DNA of 32,730 nucleotides from Chiloscyllium plagiosum (Eukaryota), in contig NC_057720.1 of NCBI RefSeq assembly GCF_004010195.1, forward strand, positions 27,675,410 to 27,708,139, given 5' to 3'. Shown piece by piece: positions 22,299 to 32,730 of this stretch. Below the pieces are notes generated by a model. The model was not told where the DNA came from. It worked only from the letters and a program-made list of their open reading frames with translations, and did no database searches. Numbering within the stretch: the stretch's first letter is position 1; every line of letters starts with the position of its first letter. A program made the translations under genes and the position numbers.

Positions 22299-22830
22299 GG
22301 AGTCATCAATATCTACAGCATGGAACAGACCGTTTGGTCAAATTCCGAGGAGCAGAAAAATCCTGCTGCTCGGATGCTGCCTGACCTGCTGTGCTTTTCC
22401 AGCATCACTCCGATCTAAACCTTTGGTCAAATTCGTCTATGCTGACCTGATATCCAAAACAAATCTAGTCCCATTTGCCATCACATGGCCCATAATTCAA
22501 ATTAAACTCCATCTGCCACTCTTCGGCCCATTGGCCCATCTGATCAAGATCCTGTTATACTCTGCAGTGGTAAAGGCTGGTACAACATTTAAAAGGCATC
22601 TGGATGGTTATATAAATACCAAGGGTTTTGGGGGATATGGGCAAATGCTAGCAAATGGATCTATGTTAGTTTGGATATCTGGTCGGCATGAATGAGTTGG
22701 ACCGAAGGGTCTGTTTCCGTGCTGTACATCTCTGTGATTTCCTCTGGCAGCTCATTGCATTCACACACCACCCTCTGCTTGAAAATGTTGCCCCTTCGGT
22801 CCCTTTTAAGTTTTTCTCCTCTAACCCTAA
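22299..22830. mobile_element. Composite of CR1 fragments in both orientations
   Basis: Minus-strand tail 22299-22490, minus DLDQMGQWAEEWQMEFN piece about 22494-22565, plus 3' end about 22566-22738, minus piece 22739-22830. Confidence 0.7.
22346..22421 (+). mobile_element. 76-bp Penelope-like tail insertion with a short inverted 5' piece
   Basis: TTTGGTCAAATTC direct repeat at 22333-22345 and 22422-22434; same tail family as 19726-19782. Confidence 0.75.
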
Positions 22831-22834
22831 TTTT

Positions 22835-23480
22835 GACATTTGCAAATGACATGGTGAATAGTCAATACTAAATATGATTGCAGCAAATTGTAAGAGAACA
22901 TGAATAAACTTGCAAATGGACAAACAATTGGCAAATAAAGTATAACATCAATTTTATTAAAATAAATAGGGAATCCCATTATTTGGAAAATAAATCTCAG
23001 TAGGGGTAGAGGAATGATAGGATCTTGGAATGCAAATATATGTATCAGTAAAAGTTTTATCACAGTTAACAGGCATCAAAACGCAAACCAAACACGGTTA
23101 ATTTCTACAATGATAGAACATAAACTTAGGAAAGCTCTGCAAAGTTAGTGCTCAGCCTTGGTTAGACAACAAACTGCTTGCAGTTCTGTTTACGAGAGAT
23201 ATGTATGGAAGCTTTGAAGAGGATGCAGAGGAAACTTAAAAGGATGATACCAAAACTACATGGCTTTATTTACCAGGCAAGGTTTGATAAACTGGGTCTC
23301 TTTTCTCTTTTAAGTAAAAGACTCAGGGAAAATGTTTAATGTTATGGAATATTTTGATGTAATGGATAAAGAGAGTATGTTTACTGCTATAAGATACCAA
23401 GACATCTAACAGGCTATTCAGAAGAATCGTTCTCATCCAAAGATTGCCAAGAATGTGAAACACACACTGATAGGCAGTTA
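22835..23480 (+). mobile_element. Old, heavily decayed CR1-like RT/C-terminal fragment
   Basis: tttgcaaatgac (FADD-like); ttgaagaggatgcagaggaaacttaaaaggatgatacca (LERVQRRFTRMIP-like). Confidence 0.55.
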
Positions 23481-23519
23481 TTCATGTGATTGCATAGTTA
23501 AAAAATGTTGATTTGTATG

Positions 23520-23910
23520 CAGAAGATAGGGTGGAGGGACAGGGTAAGGAATAAATGATAGGTAAAAATAGAGCCCAAAGAGAGAGGAGGACAGTTGGAC
23601 AGACAAAGGATTGGATAACGGTCGGTCTAGGAGAATGGATAGCTATTCATGGGGACTGTTTGGGGCTAACAATGGATTTTGTGTAAAATCAGACCATGGT
23701 GTGTTGGTATTGGGGTAATGACATGGTAGAAGCTATCTCAAGCCCTAAAATTGTAGGACTGGATATTGAATCTAGAAGGCTTTAGAGTTCCCAAGTGGAA
23801 AATAAAGTGCTGTTCTTCCAGCTTGTGCTGAGTTTCACTCGAGCACTGAGATGTTGGCCACGGAACAAGGTGGTGTGTTGAAGTAGCAGGCAACTGGAAT
23901 CTCAGAGTCT
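23520..23910 (-). mobile_element. Decayed Penelope-like fragment (GIY-YIG C-terminus plus 3' UTR)
   Basis: QCSSETQHKLEEQHFIFHLGTLKPSRFNI resembles the PLE endonuclease end (RKLEEQHLIFRLGTLQPxGLN). Confidence 0.7.
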
Positions 23911-24177
23911 TTTTCTTTTTGTGTACAGAATAGAGTCCACGCTTCGTTTTCCGAATGTTAAGCATTACCAATTTAACTCTCCAGTATGAGCTATACTATC
24001 CTTAGGCACCTAGGTCCTACCCTCTGGAATTCAGTTGCTTAATGTCTCTGCCTTTATTTCCTTCTTATGGACACGTCGTAAAATTTACCTGAATTGACTG
24101 AAATTTAAGTCACCTGCTCATCTCCTTATATGTTTGATGTCTGTTGTTGTAGCGATAGAAACTTATTGTTATAATCA

Positions 24178-24387
24178 TGATATGGAGATGCCGGTTTTGG
24201 ATTGGGGTGGACAGGGTCAGAAGTCACATGACACCAGGTTACAGTCCAACAGGTTTATTTGAAATCACAAGCTTTCGGAGTGATGCTCCTTCATCACTTC
24301 ACCAGAGAAAAGGGCAGCACCCGAAAGCTTGTGATTTTGAATAAACCTGTTGGACTATAACATGGTGTCGTATGACTTCTAACCTGC
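24178..24387. mobile_element. Palindromic miniature PLE made of two head-to-head HHR-bearing 3' ends
   Basis: Inverted arms 24212-24278 and 24321-24386; TATAATCA direct repeat at 24170-24177 and 24388-24395; GAAAGCTTGTG on both strands. Confidence 0.8.
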
Positions 24388-24399
24388 TATAATCACTGA

Positions 24400-24510
24400 A
24401 GTAATGATCCAGTGGCCCCAGAGACCAGTTCAAATTCTAACACAGTCCTGATGGAATTTGCATTCAATTAGTGAATCTGGATAACAAAGCAATGGTAACC
24501 AGGATTTTGC
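24400..24510 (+). mobile_element. Fragment of an old tRNA-derived SINE (possibly DeuSINE/SacSINE-like), cut by the PLE
   Basis: B-box-like agttcaaattc, then gatggaatttgcattcaattagtgaatctgga...aatggtaacca. Family assignment from recall. Confidence 0.45.
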
Positions 24511-26401
24511 AAAGTTAAAAATCACACAACACCAGGTTATCGTCCAACAGGTTTAATTAGAAGCACACTATCTTTCGGAGCGATGCTCCTTCATCAGGTG
24601 ATTGTGGAAAACTCGATCGTAACACAGAATTTATAGCAAAAATTTGCAGTGTGATGTAACTGAAATTATACAGTGAAAAATTGATTGTCTATTAAGCCTT
24701 TCATCTGTTAGAATACAGTGATAGTTTCACTTCTTTCAAGTGTAAATCACAAAACCCTTTTTTTTAAAGTTGCATTCTCGGGTGTGTGTCTATAAGGGTG
24801 TGTGTGGGTGTCTGTGTGCGCGTCTGTGTGTATCTGTGTCCGTGTGCATGTGAGAGTGTGTGTGTGTGTAGGAATATCTGTGTGTGTGTGTGTAGTGCAG
24901 TGGTGATCACCTGTAATGTGACATGAACCCAAGGTCCCGGTTGAGGCCCTCCCTTTGGGTACCGAACTTAGCTATCAGCCTCTGCTCAGCCACTTTTCTC
25001 TGCTGCCTGTCCCGAAGTCCACCTTGGAGGATGGTCATCCGAAGGTCCGAGGCTGAATGTCCTGGACCACTGAAGTGTTCCCCAACTGGGAGGGAACCCT
25101 CCTGTCTGTTGATTGTTGTGCGGTGCCCATTCATCCGTTGTCGTAGCCTTTGCTCGGTTTCCCCAATGTACCATGCCTCCGGGCATCCTTGCCTGCAATG
25201 TATAAGATAGACGATGTTGGCTGAGTCACATGAGTACCTGCCATGTACAAGGTGGGAGGTGTTCCCACGCGTAATAGTGATATCTATGTCCACAATCTGA
25301 CACGCTTTGCAGCGTCCACCGTGACAGGGTTGTATGGGGTTGTCCTGAGAGCCGGGCAGCTTGTTACGAACAATGATCTGTTTGAGGTTTGGCGGTTGTT
25401 TAAAGGCAAGTAGTGGAGGTGTGGGGAAGGTCTTGGTGAGGTGCTCATCCTCATTGATACTGTGTTGCAGGTCACGAAGAACATGATGTCATTTTTCAGC
25501 CTCTGGGAAGTACTGAACAAAGAAGGGTACCCTGTCAGTTGCAGCACGTGTCTGTCTCCTGAGGAGGTCATTACGGTTCCTTGCTGTGGCACGTCGGAAC
25601 TGGCGGTCGATGAGTTGAGCATCGTACCCCGTTCTTGTGAGGGCATCCTTGAGTACTTCCAGGTGTCCCTCACGTTCCTCCTCATCTGAGCAGATCCGGT
25701 GTATGCGTAGGGCTTGTCCATAGGGAATGGCTGTTTTAATATGTTTTGGGTGGAAGCTGGAGAAGTGTAGCATTGTGAGGTTGTCTGTGGGTTTGCGGTA
25801 GAGTGTGGTGCTGAGGTTCCCATCCTTGATGGAGATGCACGTTTCCAAGAATGAGACAGACAGTCGATAGTTGTCCATGGTGAGTTTGATGGTGGGATGA
25901 AACTTGTTGATGTCACTGTGTAGTTTTATCAGTGACTCCTCGCCATGGATCCAGAGGAAGAAAATGTCATCAATGTACCTGGTTGGAGATCATGCATAGA
26001 GAAGAAATCTTGTTCGAACCTGTGCATAAAAATGTTGGCATATTGGGGTACAAATTTGGTCCCCATGGCTGTTCCGTGTGTCTGGGTGAAGAATTGGTTG
26101 TCAAAGGTGAAGACGTTATGATCGAGGATAAAGCGGATGAGTTGTAGGATGGTGTTTGGAGACTGGCAGTTGTTGGTGTTGGGTACTGAGGCTGTTGCTG
26201 CCATGCCATCATTGTGGGGGATGCTGGTGTAGAGTTCCATTGTGACGAAGAATGTTCCCGGTTCGACTGGTCCGTGGGTGCTGAGTTTCTGTAAGAAATC
26301 CGTAGTGTTGCGACAGAAGCTGGAGATCCTCTGTACAATAGGTTTCAAGATGCCTTCCACATAGCCAGAGAGATTCTCACATAGGGTCCCATTGCCTGAC
26401 A
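24511..26401 (-). mobile_element. 5'-truncated Penelope-like element (RT, GIY-YIG, 3' UTR with HHR)
   Basis: QTHGTAMGTKFVPQYANIFM, TTLYRKPTD, AIPYGQALRIHRICS, YSCDSANIVYLIHCRQGCPEAWYIGETEQRLRQRMNGHR; (CA)n-like tract at 24782-24893; frameshifted. Confidence 0.93.
24566..24600 (-). ncRNA. Minimal type I hammerhead ribozyme at the PLE 3' end
   Basis: Minus strand cac-CTGATGA-a-GGAGC-atc-GCTCC-GAAA-ga-TA-gtg; helix I cac/gtg. Stem III is AGAT here versus palindromic AGCT in the sibling copies. Confidence 0.75.
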
Positions 26402-29175
26402 TTTGGTGCCCCACCACCAAAATGGACCCGTTGGTTTTGGCAGTAGACACAGAGGAGTTCATCAGACGAATGAGACTCCGGGAATTCTTTCAAGGTGCCG
26501 GCAGTGATCTCACTGAGCCCACTGATGAACTAGAACAGTCATCACAGGGATCTGTAGAGGAGCGACCAAAGCAGGTGTCAACATGGGCCCCACCGGAGGG
26601 CCGCTGCCCTGGGTTTGACACGTATGCTCAAACTGTCAGGAAATAAATAAATGCCAGATTCGCCAGCTGTACCCACAAGGTAGAGCAAAACATCACCCAT
26701 TCACAACGCAATGCCATCCAGGCTCTCAAAACCAATGACAACATTGTCATCAAACCAGCAGATAAAGGAGGAGTCATTGTCATTCAGAATAGAACAGATT
26801 ACTGCAAGGAAGTGTACCAACAACTGAACAACCAGGAACACTACAGGCAACTACCAGCTGATCCGACCAAAGAACACACCCGAGAATTAAACACACTGAT
26901 CAGAACTTTGGATCCAGTCCTTCAGAGCTCCTACGTGCCCTCATCCCACATACTTCTTGTGTAGGCGACTTCTACTGCCTTCCAAAGGTACACAAAGCCA
27001 ATACGCCGGGACGTCCCATCGTGTCAGGCAATGGGACCCTATGTGAGAATCTCTCTGGCTATGTGGAAGGCATCTTGAAACCTATTGTACAGGGGATCTC
27101 CAGCTTCTGTCGCAACACTACGGATTTCTTACAGAAACTCAGCACCCACGGACCAGTCAAACCGGGAACGTTCCTCGTCACAATGGACATTTCCGCACTC
27201 TACACCAGCATCCCCCACAAGGATGGCATCGCAGCAACAGCCTCAGTACCCAACACCAGCTTCTGTCGCGACACTACGGATTTCTTACAGAAACTCAGCA
27301 CCCACGGACCAGTCGAACCGGGAACGTTCCTCGTCACAATGGACATTTCTGCACTCTACACCAGCATCTCCCACAAGGATGGCATCGCAGCAACAGCCTC
27401 AGTACCCAACACCAACAACTGCCAGTCTCCAAACACCATCCTACAACTCATCCGCTTTATCCTCGATCATAACGTCTTCACCTTTGACAACCAATTTTTC
27501 ATCCAGACACACCGAACAGCCATGGGGACCAAAATTTGTACCCCAATATTTCATGCTCAAGTTTGAGCAAGACTTCTTTGCTGCACAGGACCCCCCAATC
27601 AACACTATATACCAATACATTGACAATGTTTTCTTCCTTTGGACTCATGTCAAAGAATCAATGAAACGACTAGATAGTGATATCAACAAGTTTCATCCCA
27701 CCATCAGACCTACCACGGACTACTCTTCAGAATCAGTCTGATTCTCGGACACACGCATCTCCATCAAGGACAGACACCTCAGTACCTCACTCTATCGCAA
27801 GCTCACAGATAACCTAACAATGCAGCACTTATCTAGCTTCCACCCTAAACATGTTAAAGAAGCAATCCCCTATGGGCTGTCCTGCAAATACCCAGATCTG
27901 CTCAGATGAGGAGGAGCACGACAGACACCTAAATATTTTGAAGGACGCCCTTATAAGAAAGGGATACGATGTTCATCTCATTGATTGCCAGTTCTGACAT
28001 GGCACAGCAAAAAACTGCAACGATCTCCTCAGAAGACAGACACAGGATACGCTAGAGTACCCTTCGTCGTCCAGTACTTCCCTGGAGCAGAGAAATTACG
28101 CCATGTTCTTCACACACTTCAACATGTCATCGCTGACAACGAGCATCTTGCCAAGATCATCCCTATGCCTCCACTTATTGCCTTCAAACAACTGCCAAAC
28201 CTTAAACAGACCACTGTTCACAGTAAACTACCAGCCTCCAGGATAACATCGATCACAACACCATACAACCCTGCCACGGTAACCTCTGCGAGATACGTTA
28301 GATCATCAACATGGATACTAGCATCACATATGGGAACACCATCCAGTATGCATACAGGAGATACTTCTGTGACTCGGCCAACGTTGTCTATCTTAAATGC
28401 TGCAGGCAACCTTCCCCCCAGGCATGGTATACTGGTGAGAGTATGCAGATGCTACGATAATGGGTAAATGGACACTGCGCAACAATTGCCAGACAAGAAT
28501 GCTCCCTCCCAGTCATGGAACACTTTAGTGGCCAAAGAAATTAGGCCCCGATCTTTGGGTAAGCACCCTCCAAGGTCGCCTTCGAGTTGTACAACAACGG
28601 AGAATTGCCAAGCAGAAACTGACAGCCAAGTTTCGTACCCACGAAGACAGCCTCAATTGTGATGCTAAGGTCATATCGTGCCACTTATGACCTCACCACA
28701 CTGTTCTGTATCTGTAAAATCTTCCTTACTGTCCTGGTTTGACACCATTATCATGATAATTTATAATCCCTCTACATTAATTAGTTTATACAGTTTTGGA
28801 TTACTTATCACTTTGGTTAGACCTTCAGCATGTGACTCGTATTCCTATGATGTTATTCCAGTTGTTTGGTTTGTCTGCAGCACTACCTCATTTTTAATTT
28901 TTTGTAATTATCTCTCTGCCTCAATTGGATTATAGGTCACCCCTCTGCTTTCATTTCAGCTGTTGACACTTTACTCACACCATCTGATACTCCTGATCAC
29001 CTGCAGAGACTTATTATTTGGCCTGTCGACACTCCACTCACACCATCTGCCTATAAATTCTGTGCCTGTGTGCTTCTCTCTCACTCCACCTGAGAAAGGG
29101 GGCAACGCTCTGAAAGCTTAGGATTCAAATAAGCCTGTTGGACTAATAACCTAGTGTCACCTCACTTCTGACCTA
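26402..29175 (+). mobile_element. Penelope-like element, 5'-truncated, chimeric (subfamily switch at about 27549), with a decayed HHR at about 29087-29122
   Basis: CPTTKMD, attgtcatcaaaccagcagataaagga (IVIKPADKG), GRPIVSGNG, LVTMDISALYTSIPH, decayed GIY-YIG near 28360-28660; end cac-ctgagaa-aggggg..ctct-GAAA-gc-TT-a...cctgttggact. Confidence 0.9.
27100..27411 (+). repeat. In-frame 156-bp tandem duplication within the PLE RT
   Basis: Units 27100-27255 and 27256-27411, 4 differences by eye, CCA microhomology at the junction. Confidence 0.95.
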
Positions 29176-29447
29176 GTCACCACTGTGGTTAACAATCAGG
29201 AGATTTTATGCACTTGCTGCATAGCAACTCAGGATAGTTACTCTATTACTACACTGCACTTGAAAGCTTGGAATCCTTCACCTTTGCAAAGATTACAAAT
29301 CAAAGCTGGAATGTATGATTGATATTATCCTTGTCCCACTTATATTCCTCTGGGTATTTTGTTGGGACATGGCTCTGCACTGTACAAAGTTGCATGTCTG
29401 GAAAGCAGGAAAACAAATTCCGTACACTAGCTCTTGATTTTATTTAC

Positions 29448-29577
29448 CTGGTCATTGAGATGTAATTTCTTCAGACGTTTCATCAGGGTGTCCTTGCTGC
29501 AGGGCAAGAAAGAGGCCAAATAGCTGTATACTGCCGAGCGCACTGTCACATTCAACTCCTGTAATTGTAGCTCAATA
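29448..29577 (-). CDS. UBN1: Ubinuclein internal coding exon (middle domain), 130 bp; UBN1 favoured, UBN2 not excluded
   Basis: Acceptor cttgtacAG, donor GTaaat; (D)[43 protein letters not shown]; phase-compatible with the 71-bp exon (GA+T = Asp). Confidence 0.85.
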
Positions 29578-30007
29578 CTGTACAAGGACAGACAAGAATA
29601 GGCAGATGCGATGACAACGGCAACAATATATCAATAATGAAGCATATAATATAAAGCTCCATCCTATTACTTTCTTACCAAAATTGGAACATACTAAATA
29701 TCTTGCAGTCTTGTCACAGGACATTAGCATGTTGCCATGCACTTCAGAAGTTTGTCATTTTGAGTATACACAGGGAATGGAATATCATTTAGGAAACTAA
29801 TAAACCTTAGTTTTGCTTTCAGTTTATGATCCTTCACAATTTCACTAAAACAGCCTTTTCTATCATTCAATCACAGAGTATTTGCTTGGGTCTTAACTAC
29901 TGTTTTGGGGACTATATTCCAAAAGTTGATCCATTTTTTCTCAGACATTTGCTTAAAGAAAGGTCTTATCCTTAATCACAGAAATGTGAGAAAAGCAGAA
30001 TACTTAC

Positions 30008-30078
30008 TCCAGTAGGATAGTGTTAATATCTGGCGTGAAGAATTTCTTCTTTCCTTCTCCTTCAGAGCCCTTCCCAGC
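30008..30078 (-). CDS. UBN1: Ubinuclein internal coding exon, 71 bp; UBN1 favoured, UBN2 not excluded
   Basis: Acceptor gtgtttattcAG, donor GTaagt; AGKGSEGEGKKKFFTPDINTILL(D), matching the recalled KFFTQDxNxILLDIE motif of ubinucleins. Confidence 0.85.
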
Positions 30079-30526
30079 CTGAATAAACACGGTAACAGTA
30101 TTAAAGGTAAACCAAAGAACACAACCATGCCTGGGTGTGAGCCATTCAGTAAGAATCGGGCTTAGTGCTCATTGTACATGTTCAGTAAATAACTGTCGAA
30201 CATATGTAGACTGACAAACCACAGAGAGGGGTGTTACACTGAGTGATATATAACAAATCTCTTAGTTAATAAAATCATAAAATAACTTGAGCACAAGAAG
30301 CAGGTCCTTCAGCCAGCTGTGCCTATGCTGACCCACTGAAGAAATTCACCTAGTGTCATTTGGATCTGGTAAGACAATGGCGACTTGACTTGACTCCCCT
30401 GATTGCTTTCCCACAGACATGTACATTTTTCCTTTTCAGATAATCCAACACTCTTTTCAATGCCTCAGTTAAACATGACTCCATTCTCAGGCAGCGTACT
30501 TCAGACCCTAACCCCACATACAAAAC

Positions 30527-30668
30527 ATGAGACAGTGAGAGGGAGAGACAAAGAGAGAGAGAGAAAAAGAGAGACACAGAGAGAGAGACAGACAGACAGA
30601 GACAGACAGACAGAGAGAGACACAGAGACAGAGAGAGAGAGAGAGAGAGAGAAACAGAGAGAGAGAGA
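30527..30668 (+). repeat. Compound (GA)n/(GACA)n microsatellite
   Basis: gagagagacagacagacagagacag-type tract. Confidence 0.95.
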
Positions 30669-31249
30669 TCAAGCAAAGAACGGCAGTGTACATGCAAGGG
30701 GCTACCGCCCTTTTCCCATTCCCAGTACAAATACAAAACAACTCTTTCCCCTTACTTTTCATTGTTATCTACCACTTCCTCCCTGATCCCCAGAAGTTAT
30801 CCCGGGATTAGATTCAAATGTGTTATACAGCATTTTTGTCAAATGTTTTTTTGAGAGCCAAAATACACAACATTGACAACATAATCATTATTCAAATCAA
30901 ATAGATTCTCAAAAGAAGCTCAATTAATCTGTTAGGTGTTACCATACTTTAATCAACTGACTTTTCCTTGCAATATTCTGTTTCACTTTTACGTTTAAAT
31001 TTGTTCCGTCATTATAAATGTCTAACACCATTCCCATTAAAGATGACAAGCACAGGGAACACAGTTTTAAAGGGTTTGGATGGGGAGGGCAGAGGGATGA
31101 GAAATGGGAGGAAAAATCCGCAGTGAACGGTAATGACCTTCAACGTTCTGTCTATGAGACAAACATGATCGATGGTTTCAAAAGAATAATGGATAGGCAC
31201 TTTAAAGAATCAAACTTCTACGCTATGAGGATTGAGTGAAGGAATTCAT

Positions 31250-32170
31250 TAGTAAAGTTTGATCACATGGGACTCAAGGTGAGCTTACCAGTTGGTAACA
31301 AAATTGGCTTGTCAGTAGGAGACAGAGAATGGTGGTGGGAGAATTGTTTTTCGGATTGGAGGCCTGTGACCAGCGGAGTTCCACTGGAATTGGTACTGGG
31401 TCCAATTTTGTTTGTCATTTATATAAATAATTTGGATGAGAATAAAGGAGGCATGGTTAGTAAATGAGAGTAAGGTTGCAAAGAGATCTTGATCATTTGG
31501 GTCAATGGGCTGAGGAGTGGCAGATGGACTTCAATCTGGATAAATGAGAGGTATTATGTTTTGGTAAAACAAACAAGGGCAGGACATGTACAGTTAATGG
31601 TCGGGTCCTGGGTAGTCTTGAAGAACAGAAAGACCTAGGGGATCAGGTACATAATTTTTTAGAATTTGCAACATAAGTGAGACAGAGTGATTAAAAAGGT
31701 GTTTAGAACACTGCCTTCATTGCTCAGACGTTTGGGTATAGGAGTTGGGACGTCATATTGAGGTTGTATAGGACGTTGGTGACGCCTTTTCTGGTGTACT
31801 GTCTGCAATTCTGGTCACCCTCCTATAGAAAGGGTATTATTAAATTAGAGAAGGTTTAATCAGAACAAATTTACCAGGATGTTGCTGGGAATGGAGGGCT
31901 TGAGTTATAATAGGTTGGATAAACTGGGACGCTTTTCCACTGGAGTGTAGGAGTTTGAAGGGAGATCTTATGGAGGCTTAGAAAATCATGAGGGACATAA
32001 ATAAGGTGAATAGCTCAGGTCTTCTCCCTAGGGTGGTGGAGTTCAAAACTAGGTGGAGTATTTTTAAGGTGAGAAAACATTTTCAAAAGAACATGGGGGC
32101 GATGTTTTACACAAAGCGGCTTGTGTGTGGAATGAACTGCGTGAAAGTGATGAATGCAAGTCCAACTACA
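31250..32170 (+). mobile_element. Decayed CR1 RT/C-terminal fragment in the ubinuclein intron
   Basis: SDWRPVTSGVPLELVLGPILFVIYINNL; ttgtataggacgttggtgacgcct (LYRTLVxP); gggagatctta (GDL). Confidence 0.85.
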
Positions 32171-32730
32171 GAGTCAAGAGAGAAGGTTGAAGAAGGAAGA
32201 GAAGATCCATGAAGTTCCGGAATCTTGGGACAGGCCGACACACATTGAACCTGTGTCTCTTGCCATCTATAGACAGTGAAATGCTTCGTTTCAATTTTTA
32301 TTGTCCAATAAAGCTTTACAAGTTTGATCTTTAAAATCAATGAATGTCCTTTAGGCCAATGGAGTTATTTGTGGACAAGAAGTTTCTTACTACAGGACTT
32401 AATAAAATGTCCACAGCCCTACATCACCCTGGGTTCTAAAACACACTGTAGATGCTTCAGTCAATAATGTAATCATTCACCTTGTAACCTTGGCATTCTA
32501 TTCTTGACTCCAATTTTTTTGCACTCCATTAACAGAATGCAATACTTTCACTTCTAACATTGCTCATCTCCACTCCTCCCTTAGCCCACCTTTCTTTAGG
32601 ATTCACTCCTGGAATCACTATCTGGGCCAGCATTTATTACTCATCCCAAGTGCCCTTGTGGTGGTGGTGTTGAGCTAGTTATTAGAGCCTCATCCAGGTT
32701 TGTTACCTATTGACTGGAATTTCAAAAAAA

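Noticed and set aside
30356..30786. ORFs of 84-127 aa rich in SL or ER repeats
   Set aside because: Translations of the GA/GACA microsatellite.
21500..32730. KDM4A coding exons expected from recalled mammalian synteny
   Set aside because: No JmjN-like peptide seen on the plus strand.
1..32730. CRISPR arrays, operons or prokaryotic defence systems
   Set aside because: The sequence is vertebrate, with spliced exons and LINE/SINE content; no repeat-spacer array is present.

Overview
Eukaryotic (vertebrate) genomic DNA, very likely an elasmobranch (shark), judged from HE1-type tRNA SINEs and CR1/HER1-type LINEs. Most of the window is retroelement-derived: CR1 LINEs (one apparently full length), a Rex1/Babar LINE, HE1-like SINEs, and many Penelope-like element (PLE) pieces, several with hammerhead ribozyme (HHR) cores. 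Host-gene content is the last coding exon and 3' UTR of PTPRF/LAR (+, 2873-2941), two internal coding exons of a ubinuclein gene (-, 30008-30078 and 29448-29577), and an orphan CCAAT-box-rich promoter-like island near 20.9-21.5 kb. The main observations are: (i) several TSD-flanked miniature PLE insertions, mostly with inverted arms and minimal HHRs; (ii) a large inverted PLE pair whose plus copy switches subfamily at about 27549, coinciding with a ubinuclein gene that lacks visible downstream exons, which suggests a rearrangement breakpoint or an assembly misjoin; (iii) a nested SINE/CR1/SINE/PLE insertion that defines the 5' end of a CR1. All family and gene assignments come from recalled motifs, not database searches.
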